Assembly: GCA_038245295.1 (NCBI GenBank)
Contig: JBBRSP010000027.1
Location: 1 to 64,000, forward strand
Direction: 5' to 3'
Length of the DNA: 64,000 bases
Source: Candidatus Binatia bacterium
GTDB lineage: Bacteria; Desulfobacterota; Binatia; HRBIN30
The translations under genes and the position numbers were made by a program. The notes below the pieces were generated by a model. It made no database searches. It had not been told where the DNA came from and worked only from the letters and a program-made list of their open reading frames with translations. This document shows positions 48,043-58,256 of the stretch, one piece after another; positions within the stretch are counted from its first letter, which is position 1; every line of letters starts with the position of its first letter.

Positions 48043-49509
48043 ATGTTCAGCTACGACATGCCTGAGGGACTGACCTTCGATGATGTGGTGCTTGTGCCCG
48101 GCGAGTCTGACTTTCTGCCGAAGGACGCTGACATCAGCACACAACTCACCAAGCAGATCCGCCTCAACATCCCCCTCATCAGCGCGGCGATGGATACGGT
48201 GACGGAAGCCCGCACCGCGATCGCGCTGGCACAAGAGGGCGGAATCGGCGCCATTCATCGCAATCTGTCGATCGTCGATCAGGTGCGTGAGGTCGAACGC
48301 GTCAAGAAATGGGAAGCCGGAATGATCCTCGATCCGGTTACCATCGACGCCGACATCCAGATTGCCGAAGCGCTGGAAGTCATGCACCGCCACAACATTT
48401 CCGGCCTGCCGGTGACACGCAACGGCGGTCTGGTCGGTATCCTCACCAATCGCGATCTGCGTTTCGAGAAACGGCTCGATCGCAAAGTCAGCGAAGTCAT
48501 GACCAAGGATAATCTGGTGACCGGTCATCCGGGCATTGGTCTCGAAGAGGCCAAAGAGATCCTGCACGCCAATCGCATCGAGAAGCTGCTGATCGTTGAT
48601 GCGCAGAACCGCCTACACGGGCTGATCACCGTCAAGGACATTCAGAAGTCGGCGCAACATCCGAACGCCTGCAAGGATCAGTTCGGCCGACTGCGGGTTG
48701 CCGCCGCCTGTGGCACCGGCGAGGACCGCGAAGAGCGCATTGAGCGGCTGGTGCGTGCCGGCGCCGACGCCCTGGTGATCGACACGGCGCACGGTCACTC
48801 GGCGAACGTCATCGAAACCGTCCAGGAGATCAAGATGAGATTCCCGGCTACCGAAGTCATCGCCGGCAACGTCGCCACCGCCGAAGGCGCAAGGGCGTTG
48901 GCGAGCGCCGGTGCCGACGCGATCAAGGTCGGCATGGGGCCAGGGTCCATCTGCACGACCCGCATCGTTTCGGGTGTCGGTGTGCCCCAGTTGACCGCGG
49001 TCGCCGACTGCTCGCGCGTGGCGCGCGACTACGGCATTCCGGTGATCGCCGATGGTGGAATCAAGTTCTCGGGCGATCTCCCCAAAGCTCTGGCGGCCGG
49101 TGCCGACTCGGTGATGATCGGCAGTTTGTTCGCCGGCACCGAGGAGAGTCCGGGCGAGACGATCTTGTACCAAGGCCGAACCTACAAGGCCTATCGTGGC
49201 ATGGGCTCGCTTGAAGCCATGCGCGAGCGCGAAGGCAGCCGCAATCGATACATGCAGGATGACGAAGACCAGCTGAATCTGGTCCCCGAGGGCATCGAGG
49301 GCCGCGTACCCTACAAGGGTTCGTTGTCGATCATCGCCACGCAGCTGGTCGGCGGCCTACGCGCCGGCATGGGTTACTGCGGCTGTCGCACCATCCCGAG
49401 CCTGCACGAGAAGGCCCGGTTCATGAAGATCACCGGAGCCTCACTCGCCGAAGGACATGTGCACGACGTGACGATGACCAAGGAGCCGCCGAACTATCGG
49501 CGTGAATAG
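48043..49509 (+). CDS. guaB: IMP dehydrogenase
   Basis: [17 protein letters not shown] pair, [16 protein letters not shown] and YRGMGS. Confidence 0.97.
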   Translation: MFSYDMPEGLTFDDVVLVPGESDFLPKDADISTQLTKQIRLNIPLISAAMDTVTEARTAIALAQEGGIGAIHRNLSIVDQVREVERVKKWEAGMILDPVTIDADIQIAEALEVMHRHNISGLPVTRNGGLVGILTNRDLRFEKRLDRKVSEVMTKDNLVTGHPGIGLEEAKEILHANRIEKLLIVDAQNRLHGLITVKDIQKSAQHPNACKDQFGRLRVAAACGTGEDREERIERLVRAGADALVIDTAHGHSANVIETVQEIKMRFPATEVIAGNVATAEGARALASAGADAIKVGMGPGSICTTRIVSGVGVPQLTAVADCSRVARDYGIPVIADGGIKFSGDLPKALAAGADSVMIGSLFAGTEESPGETILYQGRTYKAYRGMGSLEAMREREGSRNRYMQDDEDQLNLVPEGIEGRVPYKGSLSIIATQLVGGLRAGMGYCGCRTIPSLHEKARFMKITGASLAEGHVHDVTMTKEPPNYRRE

Positions 49510-49617
49510 TTGCGTGCCGCGGACGGGTAGGGGCTAGGGCGTTATGAGTCGGCCATCGACTGGTCACGGCCTACGCCCGACCGGAACCGCCCTACCGACA
49601 GAGTGGAGTGATAGCTG

Positions 49618-51147
49618 ATGATCCTGATCCTCGATTTCGGCAGCCAATTTACACAACTCATCGCACGGCGCGTGCGCGAGATGCAGGTCTATTGCGAGAT
49701 CCATCCGTATAACCTGCCGATCGATCGCATTCGCGCCATGCACCCCGAGGGCATCATTCTGTCCGGTGGGCCGTCGAGTGTCTACGAAGAGGGCGCCCCT
49801 CTGCCGGCGCGGGAGATCCTAGATCTCGAGCCGCCGATCCTCGGCATCTGTTACGGCATGTGTGTATTGACGGTCTTCGGCGGCGCGCGCGTGGCGCATG
49901 CCGAACATCGTGAGTTTGGTCCCGCCGAGCTTCTCATCGATGACCGTCGCGACCTCTTCGCCGGGATCGACAATCCGGCATTGCCCGTGTGGATGAGCCA
50001 CGGCGACAAGATCGAGACGATGCCGGCCGGATGGGAGATTCTTGCCCATAGTGCCAACTCGCCGATTGGTGCGTTCGCCGACCCGACTCGCCGCCGCTTC
50101 GGCGTGCAGTTCCACCCTGAGGTGGCGCACACGCAACGCGGCAAGGACATCCTTGGCAACTTTGTGAACGGCATCTGCCACGCCAAGGCGGATTGGACGA
50201 TGGAAAACTTTGTCGAGCGCGAGGCCGAACGCATTCGCGCACGCGTCGGCAAAGCCGGCGTCGTCTGTGCCCTTAGCGGCGGCGTCGATTCGACCGTCAC
50301 CGCCGCGCTGGTGCATCGCGCCGTCGGCGACCAGTTGACCTGCGTATTCGTCGACAACGGTGTGCTGCGCCGCGACGAGTCGACTCGGGTGATGCAGTTC
50401 CTGCAAGAGGCCTTTCATTTCCGGATCAAACTCGTTGATGCCGGCGCGCTATTTCTCGACAAGCTCAAGGGAGTCGAGGATCCGGAGAAGAAGCGCCGCA
50501 TCATCGGCAACACCTTCATCGAAGTCTTCGAAGAGGAAGCGAAGCACCTGGAGGATGTCGAGTTTCTGGCGCAGGGAACCTTGTATCCCGACGTGATCGA
50601 GTCGGTGTCGTTCAAGGGCCCGTCGGCGACCATCAAGAGCCATCACAACGTCGGCGGCCTGCCGGAACGCATGCGCATGAAACTGGTCGAACCGCTGCGC
50701 GAGTTGTTCAAGGATGAAGTGCGCGAGCTCGGCAAAGTTCTCGGCATTCCACCGAAGCTCGTCGGGCGGCAACCCTTCCCGGGGCCTGGCCTGGCAATCC
50801 GCATCCTCGGCGAAGTGACGGCGGAGCGTGTCGTCATCCTGCAAGCGGCCGAGGCGATCGTTGATGCCGAGATCCGCGCCGCCGGACTCTATGATCAACT
50901 GTGGCAGGCGTTTGCCGTCCTACTCCCAGTGAAGACGGTCGGCGTCATGGGCGATGCACGGACGTATGAAAACGTCGTGGCATTGCGCGCTGTCGAAAGC
51001 GTCGACGGTATGACCGCCGACTGGGCGCGGCTGCCGTACGACCTGCTGGCGCGACTTTCGAGTCGCCTGATCAACGAAGTGCGCGGAGTAAATCGGGTGG
51101 TGTTGGACATTTCATCGAAGCCACCCGCGACAATTGAGTGGGAATGA
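49618..51147 (+). CDS. guaA: GMP synthase (glutamine-hydrolysing)
   Basis: [33 protein letters not shown] and KPPATIEWE. Confidence 0.98.
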   Translation: MILILDFGSQFTQLIARRVREMQVYCEIHPYNLPIDRIRAMHPEGIILSGGPSSVYEEGAPLPAREILDLEPPILGICYGMCVLTVFGGARVAHAEHREFGPAELLIDDRRDLFAGIDNPALPVWMSHGDKIETMPAGWEILAHSANSPIGAFADPTRRRFGVQFHPEVAHTQRGKDILGNFVNGICHAKADWTMENFVEREAERIRARVGKAGVVCALSGGVDSTVTAALVHRAVGDQLTCVFVDNGVLRRDESTRVMQFLQEAFHFRIKLVDAGALFLDKLKGVEDPEKKRRIIGNTFIEVFEEEAKHLEDVEFLAQGTLYPDVIESVSFKGPSATIKSHHNVGGLPERMRMKLVEPLRELFKDEVRELGKVLGIPPKLVGRQPFPGPGLAIRILGEVTAERVVILQAAEAIVDAEIRAAGLYDQLWQAFAVLLPVKTVGVMGDARTYENVVALRAVESVDGMTADWARLPYDLLARLSSRLINEVRGVNRVVLDISSKPPATIEWE

Positions 51148-51283
51148 GGTCATTTGGCCATGTTGCTATTTTCCCATCGTGGCATTTGGTCATTCGCCCA
51201 AGGGTGCTGGTCGCGGCGGCTGGCGGGGAATGACCGACGTCACAAGAAGGCAAACGTCCAAATGGCCAAATAGCCAGATGAAG
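51148..51283. repeat. Inverted pair of degenerate 8-bp tandem arrays (GGTCATTT)n ... (AAATGACC)n
   Basis: Six in-phase octamers at 51148-51195 and seven complementary octamers at 51228-51283. Confidence 0.8.
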
Positions 51284-51301
51284 AGGTTGTGAGGCGGGCA
51301 A

Positions 51302-54300
51302 ATGAGTTTCGTTCATCTTCATGTTCATACGCAGTACTCGCTTCTCGATGGTGCGAATAAGGTCAAGGACCTCATCAAGCGCGTCAAGGCGGCGGGCATG
51401 CCGGCCGTGGCGATCACCGATCACGGCAACATGTTCGGAGCCGTGGAGTTCTACAAGAAGGCGGCCGACGAAGGCATTCAACCGATCATCGGTTGCGAGA
51501 TGTACGTTGCGCCGAAGCATCGCACCGATCGTGGCGCACGTACTGAGGATTTCGAAGCAGGTGGAAACTATCACCTGATCCTTCTGGCGATGAACGCCGA
51601 GGGATACACCAATCTCTGTCGCCTGGTGACGCTCAGTTACAAGGAAGGTTTCTACTACAAACCGCGCATCGACAAGGAACTGCTGCGCCAGTTCAACGGC
51701 GGACTCATCGCGCTTTCGGGTTGTCTTGCCAGTGAAGTGAACCAAAACCTGGCGCGTGGGCACATCGACGGCGCGCGCGCGGTGATGGAAGAATATCGAG
51801 CGATGTTCGACGGGCGTTACTACGTCGAGATCCAGGACAACCACCTCGAAGAACAGAATCGCGCCAACATCGAGTTGGTACGTCTCGCTAGCGATCTGAG
51901 CTTGCCGCTGGTCGCCACCAACGACTGCCACTACCTCGAACAATCCGACGCCAAGGCGCACGAAGTCTTGCTGTGCATTCAGACCGGCAAGACCTTCAAT
52001 GATCCGAAGCGTTGGAAGTTCGGCACCGACCAACTCTACGTCAAAGATCCGGCAACCATGTTGCATGCCTTCGGCGCGACGCCGGAGGCGATCAGCAACA
52101 CGTTGGATGTCGCCAAGCGCTGCACGTTCGAGATGACCTTCGGCAAGTATCAATTCCCGGTGTTTGCTGTACCCAAGGAAGAAACACTCGACGGACGTAT
52201 GGCGAAGGATGCGCGCGCCGGTCTCGAACGCCGCCTAACCCCACGCCGCGCCGCGCCGGGTTTTGTGGAGGATCCGCGCTACACGGAGCGTTTGGAAGAG
52301 GAGCTCAAGATCATCGGGAAGATGGGGTTCGCCGGCTACTTCCTGATCGTCGCCGACTTCACCAACTACGCCAAGAGTAAGGGGATCCCGGTGGGGCCGG
52401 GGCGTGGTTCCGCCGCCGGAAGCATCGCCGCCTGGGCCCTTGGCATCACGGACATCGATCCGATCCCCTACAATCTCCTGTTCGAGCGCTTTCTGAATCC
52501 GGAACGTAAGTCGATGCCCGATATCGACATGGACTTCTGCTTCGAACGCCGCGACGAGGTGATTCGCTACGTGCGCGAGAAGTACGGCGAAGACTGCGTC
52601 GCACAGATCGTCACCTTTGGAACCCTCAAGGGCAAAGCCGCCATCAAAGACGTCGGGCGCGTTCTGGAGTTCTCGTTCTCGGAAACCGACCGTATCGCCA
52701 AGCTCTATCCAGCCGCCAAGCAAGGCAAAGACTTCCCGCTGAAAGAAGCGCTCGAGATGGAGCCGCGCCTGCTCGAACTGCGCAAGCAGGGACCGCGCGA
52801 AGAAGAGTTGTTCGATTACGCCATTCGCCTCGAAGGCCTGCTGCGCCATGCCTCCAAACACGCCGCCGGCATCGTCATCGGCAGCCGGCCGTTGGTCGAG
52901 ACCTTACCGCTGTTCGTCGACAAAGACGGCGCTGTCATGACGCAGTTCCAATACGCCGATGTCGAAGCGGTTGGTCTGATCAAGTTCGACTTCCTGGGGC
53001 TGAAGACCCTGACGATGATCAACAACATCGTGCGTCGCATCCGCGAGGGGCGCGGTGTCGAAATCGACGTGAACAACCTGCCGCTCGACGACAAGAAGAC
53101 CTACCGGCTCATCGCCAAGGGCGACGCCGTTGGTCTGTTCCAGCTGGAAAGCGGCGGTATGCGCAAGCTGCTGACCCAACTGCGGCCGAACACGTTTGAA
53201 GACATCATCGCCGTGCTGGCGCTGTTCCGACCCGGTCCGCTCGAAACCGGCATGGTCGAGGAGTTCATCAAGCGCAAACACGGCAAGCAGGAGATCAAGT
53301 ACCTGCACCCGAAGCTCGAGCCGATCCTCAAGGATACCTACGGCGTCATTGTCTACCAGGAACAGGTGATGCAGATCGCCCAGGCCCTGGCAGGTTACAC
53401 GCTGGGCGACGCCGACAACCTGCGGCGCGCCATGGGCAAGAAGAAAAAGGAGGAGATGGGGAAAGAGAAGTCCAGCTTCCTCAAAGGCGCCATCGAACGC
53501 AAAATCTCCGAGAAGCTGGCAACCGAGATCTTCGATCAGATGGAGACCTTCGCGGCCTACGGCTTCAACAAGTCGCACTCGGCCGCCTACGCGCTGGTCA
53601 CCTACCAGACGGCCTATCTCAAGGCGCACTATCCAGAGGAGTTCCTTGCCGGGTTGATGACGCTCGAAATGGGCGACACCGACAAGAGCTACAAGAACAT
53701 TGCCGAGTGCCGCGAGCGTGGGATTCCAATTCTGCCGCCCGATGTGAACATCAGTCGCGAGGACTTTACCGTCACCCCAGGCCCCGACGACAGCGCGCCA
53801 CGCGCCATCCGGTTCGGTCTGGGTGTCGTGAAGGCGGTAGGTTCGAAGGCGATCGAGGCAATCATCGCGGCGCGCGAGGCGGGGCCGTTTACGTCGCTGG
53901 CCGACTTCTGCAAACGCGTGCAGACGCAGCAGGTCAACAAGCGGGTCATCGAACAGCTCATCAAATGCGGTGCCTTCGACTTCTGCACGGCCGCTCGGCG
54001 ACAGATGCTCGAGGGGCTGGACGCGACGCTGCAGTGGGGCGCCGCCAGCAAGGCTCCCGTCGATGCCAACCAGATGGGCCTGTTCGGTGCGTTGCCCGAC
54101 TCGCGCGGTGCCGCTCCGGTGCTCGCCGCGGGGCCAGAGTGGGAATCGCGCGAGAAGCTGCGCAACGAGCGCGAAGCGATCGGCTTCTTCGTCAGCGGCC
54201 ACCCGCTCGATCGCTACGAGCGCGACCTCAAGCGCTTCACCGACGCGACGACGGGGCAGCTGCGTGGGCGGGTGACCGACTCGACGGTGCGCGTCGGCGG

Positions 54301-54778
54301 GGTGATTCACTCGCTGAAAACGAAGAACACTCGCAAAGGTGATCGCTACGCCACGTTTATGCTCGAAGATCGCGACGGCGTGGTCGAGGTTATCGCCTGG
54401 CCGGAGACCTACAAGAAATTCGAGGCGGCCATTCACTCGGAGGAGCCGGTGTGTGTTGCCGGCAAGCTCGAAGTCGACGAAGAGCGCTTTCAGATCATTG
54501 CTGACGACGTTTCGCCCTTGCTCGACGCGCGCGAGAAGGCGGCCAAGACGGTGCATTTCGCTCTCGTGGCCGAACGCCTCGAAGACGTGCAATTGGCCGG
54601 CCTACGCAGCACGCTCGGGCTGCACCCGGGACATTGCGCCTGCTTTTTGCACCTCCTGCTTCCCAACAGCGTGGAAACGGTAATCGCTCTGCCACCGGAA
54701 TTGAAGGTTGCAGCTACCGAACAGATGGTAGAAGACGTAGAGCGATTGTTAGGAAACGGAGTAACGACATTTCTGTGA
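51302..54778 (+). CDS. dnaE: DNA polymerase III alpha subunit
   Basis: PHP motif HLHVHTQYSLLDG, GRGSAAGS, PDIDMDF, KFDFLGL and YGFNKSH. Confidence 0.98.
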   Translation: MSFVHLHVHTQYSLLDGANKVKDLIKRVKAAGMPAVAITDHGNMFGAVEFYKKAADEGIQPIIGCEMYVAPKHRTDRGARTEDFEAGGNYHLILLAMNAEGYTNLCRLVTLSYKEGFYYKPRIDKELLRQFNGGLIALSGCLASEVNQNLARGHIDGARAVMEEYRAMFDGRYYVEIQDNHLEEQNRANIELVRLASDLSLPLVATNDCHYLEQSDAKAHEVLLCIQTGKTFNDPKRWKFGTDQLYVKDPATMLHAFGATPEAISNTLDVAKRCTFEMTFGKYQFPVFAVPKEETLDGRMAKDARAGLERRLTPRRAAPGFVEDPRYTERLEEELKIIGKMGFAGYFLIVADFTNYAKSKGIPVGPGRGSAAGSIAAWALGITDIDPIPYNLLFERFLNPERKSMPDIDMDFCFERRDEVIRYVREKYGEDCVAQIVTFGTLKGKAAIKDVGRVLEFSFSETDRIAKLYPAAKQGKDFPLKEALEMEPRLLELRKQGPREEELFDYAIRLEGLLRHASKHAAGIVIGSRPLVETLPLFVDKDGAVMTQFQYADVEAVGLIKFDFLGLKTLTMINNIVRRIREGRGVEIDVNNLPLDDKKTYRLIAKGDAVGLFQLESGGMRKLLTQLRPNTFEDIIAVLALFRPGPLETGMVEEFIKRKHGKQEIKYLHPKLEPILKDTYGVIVYQEQVMQIAQALAGYTLGDADNLRRAMGKKKKEEMGKEKSSFLKGAIERKISEKLATEIFDQMETFAAYGFNKSHSAAYALVTYQTAYLKAHYPEEFLAGLMTLEMGDTDKSYKNIAECRERGIPILPPDVNISREDFTVTPGPDDSAPRAIRFGLGVVKAVGSKAIEAIIAAREAGPFTSLADFCKRVQTQQVNKRVIEQLIKCGAFDFCTAARRQMLEGLDATLQWGAASKAPVDANQMGLFGALPDSRGAAPVLAAGPEWESREKLRNEREAIGFFVSGHPLDRYERDLKRFTDATTGQLRGRVTDSTVRVGGVIHSLKTKNTRKGDRYATFMLEDRDGVVEVIAWPETYKKFEAAIHSEEPVCVAGKLEVDEERFQIIADDVSPLLDAREKAAKTVHFALVAERLEDVQLAGLRSTLGLHPGHCACFLHLLLPNSVETVIALPPELKVAATEQMVEDVERLLGNGVTTFL

Positions 54779-56139
54779 AGCCACATCCCGACGAAGAAAC
54801 TACCGAAGTAGCCGAACCGCGCCGCCAACGCGGCAGTGAAGCCCCCGATGCATGGCGCACCCGCGAGCCCGGTGAACCGGAGCGCGGCATTTTGATTGGT
54901 GCCGTCGTCGGCAACCGCAGTCCGCTCGATGGTACCGAGTCGCTTGCCGAACTCGAACGTCTGGCCGAAACCGCCGGCGTCGTCGTCGTCGGCAAGGCGC
55001 TGCAGAACATCAAGCGTATCCATGCGGCGACCTTCATCGGCTCCGGCAAGGCCGAAGAAATTCAGAAGCTCGCCGAAGAGCTCAACGCCAACGTCGCGCT
55101 GTTCGACGACAGCCTGAGCCCGGCACAACAGCGCAATCTCGAGAAGACCTTCAAGATGAAGGTGCTGGATCGCAGCGCCCTCATCCTCGACATCTTCGCA
55201 CAACGCGCGCGCAGTCTCGAAGGCAAGCTGCAGGTCGAGCTGGCGCAGCTCGAGTACATGCTGCCGCGGCTGACACGCGCCTGGACCCACTTGTCGCGCC
55301 AGGCCGGCGGCGGTGTTGGAACACGCGGCCCTGGTGAAACCCAACTCGAGGTCGATCGTCGCCGCGTCCGCGAACGTGTCTCCATGCTCAAGAAACGGCT
55401 GGCCGACGCCGTGCGCACGCGCAGCCTGCACCGCGACAAACGCACCGCCGTGCCGTATCCGCTGGTGGCGCTGGTCGGCTACACCAACTCGGGCAAGTCG
55501 ACGTTGATGAATCGGCTGACCGAGGCCAATGTGCTGGCCGAGGACAAGTTGTTCGCGACGCTCGACCCGACAACGCGTCGACTCGAGTTACCGAATGGCA
55601 CAGTGATTCTGCTCAGCGACACCGTCGGTTTCATCACCAAGCTGCCGCACGGGTTCATCGACGCCTTCAAGAGCACGCTCGAGGAAGTGCGTGCCGCCGA
55701 CCTCTTGCTGCATGTGGTCGATGTGACCGACCCACAGGCGACGGCTCATATCGCCGTAGTCGACAAGGTTCTCGAAGAGCTCGGCGCCCAGAGCACGCCA
55801 CGCGTCATGGTGTGGAACAAGATCGATGCATTGCCACCCGGATCCGGCATTCCGGCCGGAGAAGGGGAGGGCGAGCGTGCCCTCGTTTCGGCGCGCACCG
55901 GAGTAGGATTGCCGGACCTACTGAACGCCATCGCCGCATCGGTGAAGTCGACGCGCGAGCAGGTCGAGTTCCAATTCCCGGTGCATCGTCAGGACCTCGT
56001 CGCCACGCTGCATCGCGAAGGCAGCGTGCTGTCGGAAGAGTATGAAGACGACGCCATCAAAGTGACGGCGCTGGTGACGGCAAAGGTTGCCGGGCAGGTG
56101 CGTAAGTCGTTGAGCAGCGGCAAACCTGCCGCGGCCTGA
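54775..56139 (+). CDS. hflX: Ribosome-splitting GTPase HflX
   Basis: EGKLQVELAQ, RGPGETQLEVDRR, GYTNSGKS, LFATLD, DTVGF and NKID. GTGA overlap with the dnaE stop. Confidence 0.96.
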   Translation: MKPHPDEETTEVAEPRRQRGSEAPDAWRTREPGEPERGILIGAVVGNRSPLDGTESLAELERLAETAGVVVVGKALQNIKRIHAATFIGSGKAEEIQKLAEELNANVALFDDSLSPAQQRNLEKTFKMKVLDRSALILDIFAQRARSLEGKLQVELAQLEYMLPRLTRAWTHLSRQAGGGVGTRGPGETQLEVDRRRVRERVSMLKKRLADAVRTRSLHRDKRTAVPYPLVALVGYTNSGKSTLMNRLTEANVLAEDKLFATLDPTTRRLELPNGTVILLSDTVGFITKLPHGFIDAFKSTLEEVRAADLLLHVVDVTDPQATAHIAVVDKVLEELGAQSTPRVMVWNKIDALPPGSGIPAGEGEGERALVSARTGVGLPDLLNAIAASVKSTREQVEFQFPVHRQDLVATLHREGSVLSEEYEDDAIKVTALVTAKVAGQVRKSLSSGKPAAA

Positions 56140-56205
56140 ATAGCCCGCCAATTCTGCGGCTGTGATTCACAGTCTCTCCCGAGCGGCCAGGAACCCTCGC
56201 CGACT

Positions 56206-56231
56206 CTCTGCGACCTCGGTGACTCTGCGGT
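56206..56231. repeat. Short 8-9-bp period repeat (CTCTGCGAC CTCGGTGA CTCTGCGGT)
   Basis: Tandem CTCTGCG-like units between convergent genes. Confidence 0.55.
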
Positions 56232-56243
56232 ACGAAGGCGGTC

Positions 56244-56393
56244 CTACAACCGACCCGTTAGTAGCAAGATGACCAGGATCAGAAGGATGATCCCGCCGAT
56301 TCCTGACGGCGCGTAGCCGTAGTTGTGGTAGCCCCACGTCGGCAGGCCACCGAACACAATCAACAGTAGGATGATCAAGAGTAGCAAGGACAT
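56244..56393 (-). CDS. 49-aa two-TM small protein, DUF3309-like
   Basis: My translation is MSLLLLIILLLIVFGGLPTWGYHNYGYAPSGIGGIILLILVILLLTGRL, with an AAGGAGG RBS. Below the ORF-track length cutoff. Confidence 0.9.
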   Translation of the reverse strand: MSLLLLIILLLIVFGGLPTWGYHNYGYAPSGIGGIILLILVILLLTGRL

Positions 56394-56472
56394 AGTCCCC
56401 TCCTTCGCCTGTGGCGTTCCCGTAGTTTGGCGCTGAGCTGATCGAGCGGCTCATTCGCCTGGCGGATGTCAC

Positions 56473-56489
56473 TGCAAGAGTTGGCCCAA
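56473..56489 (-). promoter_or_regulatory. Candidate sigma-54 promoter for the small protein
   Basis: Minus strand TTGGGCCAACTCTTGCA: GG-N10-GC with TTGCA at -12. Confidence 0.4.
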
Positions 56490-56651
56490 CCTTCCGAGGG
56501 GCAGAATCTGTGCTCATCGGCGACCGAGGCGCTGCGTCCCATTTTGTAGAAGCTATAAGACCGGGTCTGGATTTACCGTAACTCGGGAGCCAGCCGCCCG
56601 CGGCGGTTTGCCGTTGCCTTCGACGAGGCCATCGTCCATCATCCGCCGCCG

Positions 56652-57671
56652 ATGCCGCGGCCCGCTCTTAGACCTGCCTCGCGCTTGCCGGTGCTCGACG
56701 CGCTGCGGGGATTGGCGGTGACCCTGGTCTTTCTAGGGCATGTCGAAGGGCCGGCGACGACCTGGAACATCGGCTTGCCCGAGTACATTCCGCCCTGGCG
56801 TTTCTTCCTAATGGCCGGCGGCCACACGGGCGTCGCCCTGTTCTTTGTTTTGAGTGGCTTCCTGTTGGCGCCACCCTTCCTTGTCGAGATCGCGGGCAAT
56901 CGACGGGTCGCCCGGGCCGCCTATGCGCTGCGGCGGTTTCGACGCGTCTTCCCGGCCTACGCCGCCGCCGTCTTGTTCGCCGTGGCGATGACCTCCGTAC
57001 GCTGGGTCGACCTGGCTCGCGCCGTGCCGTTTTTGCTCTTCCTTCAGGGGGTCCCCGGTTTGACCGATCCGATCCCCTCTTACGGCGCCGTGTGGTGGAG
57101 CCTGAGCACCGAGGTGCAATTCTATGTGTTGCTACCGCTGGTCAGCCTGGTAGTGCCGACACGCTGGTGGTGGCCGACGCTTGCAGCCGTTGCGTTGGCA
57201 TATCTGGCGGTCATTCCCCTCGGCTTCGGTGGCAGTTCGGTCGACGCACGACTGGCCTGGTCACAATCCGTTCTGGGACGCGCGCCGGCGTTCGTCGCCG
57301 GGATCGCCGCGGCATGGTGGTGGGTCCGCCGCGGTGCCGTAGGCTCCTCTCTGGTCTGGGGCGTCAGCTTCCTTGCTGCCGTTCTGGGCACCTTGAACAT
57401 CGCTTCGCCGGCGTTGCGACTGCTGAACAACGCCGGGTTCCGCTTCCTCGGGAAGATTTCGTACACCATCTATCTCATCCACCTGCCGATCATCGACCGT
57501 GTCTTCTTCGATCCCCTGAATCCGGTGCGGCCGCTTGCGACGAGTTGGTACGGACCACATCTAGAACGCGCGCTGATCGCCGCCGGCCTTTGTATCGTGC
57601 TTGGTTGGATCGGCTACCGCACCTTGGAACAACCGTTCGCCTCGACGCCAGCGCCGAACCCACTCACTTGA
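56652..57671 (+). CDS. Acyltransferase-3 (OafA-like) membrane O-acyltransferase
   Basis: LDALRGLA, GVALFFVLSGFL, RRFRRVFP, WSLSTEVQFY and LGKISYTIYLIH. Confidence 0.92.
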   Translation: MPRPALRPASRLPVLDALRGLAVTLVFLGHVEGPATTWNIGLPEYIPPWRFFLMAGGHTGVALFFVLSGFLLAPPFLVEIAGNRRVARAAYALRRFRRVFPAYAAAVLFAVAMTSVRWVDLARAVPFLLFLQGVPGLTDPIPSYGAVWWSLSTEVQFYVLLPLVSLVVPTRWWWPTLAAVALAYLAVIPLGFGGSSVDARLAWSQSVLGRAPAFVAGIAAAWWWVRRGAVGSSLVWGVSFLAAVLGTLNIASPALRLLNNAGFRFLGKISYTIYLIHLPIIDRVFFDPLNPVRPLATSWYGPHLERALIAAGLCIVLGWIGYRTLEQPFASTPAPNPLT

Positions 57672-57704
57672 GCCGGCGACGGCCCCGCGATAGACCCGCC
57701 GCAG

Positions 57705-58256
57705 ATGCTGACGTTACCGAACTTCCTCACCCTCCTGCGCATCCTCGCCGTGCCGGTCTTTTTGATCGTCGTGGTCAATGGCGACTACGGCTGGGGCCTC
57801 GTGGTCTTCTTCTTGGCGGGCTTCACCGATTCGATCGACGGCGCCATCGCGCGCATCTTCGACAGCTACAGCGATCTCGGCGCCAGCCTCGATCCGGTCG
57901 CCGACAAGTTGATCCTCGTCAGCGCCTTCCTGTCGCTCGGTTGGATTGGCGCGGTGCCGCCATGGTTGGTGATTCTGACCTTCATGCGCGACATCACCAT
58001 TCTTGGCGGATACATCACGATCTATTTCGTCAGCAAACCGATGACCGTCGATCCCACGTTCCTTGGCAAGCTCAACACCTTCAATGAAATGTTCACCATC
58101 GGCTTTGCGCTGCTGACCCTGGCGCGCCCCGACATCCCAATGGGCATGATCAACGAAGTGTTGTGGATTGCCACGGGAATCACCACGACGTTGTCGGGAA
58201 CCCACTACGTCTATATGGGCTTGCTGTTCTATCAGCGTGAGGGCGCCAAGCCGTGA
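57705..58256 (+). CDS. CDP-alcohol phosphatidyltransferase (PgsA-like)
   Basis: TLPNFLTLLR and DSIDGAIAR..GASLDPVADK. Confidence 0.93.
   Translation: MLTLPNFLTLLRILAVPVFLIVVVNGDYGWGLVVFFLAGFTDSIDGAIARIFDSYSDLGASLDPVADKLILVSAFLSLGWIGAVPPWLVILTFMRDITILGGYITIYFVSKPMTVDPTFLGKLNTFNEMFTIGFALLTLARPDIPMGMINEVLWIATGITTTLSGTHYVYMGLLFYQREGAKP

Noticed and set aside
52904..54592. 562-aa antisense ORF, and similar ones at 27734-29080, 59169-60356, 62430-63791 and 14094-15353
   Set aside because: These are shadow frames of well-supported genes, expected from high-GC codon bias. They have no recognisable motifs.
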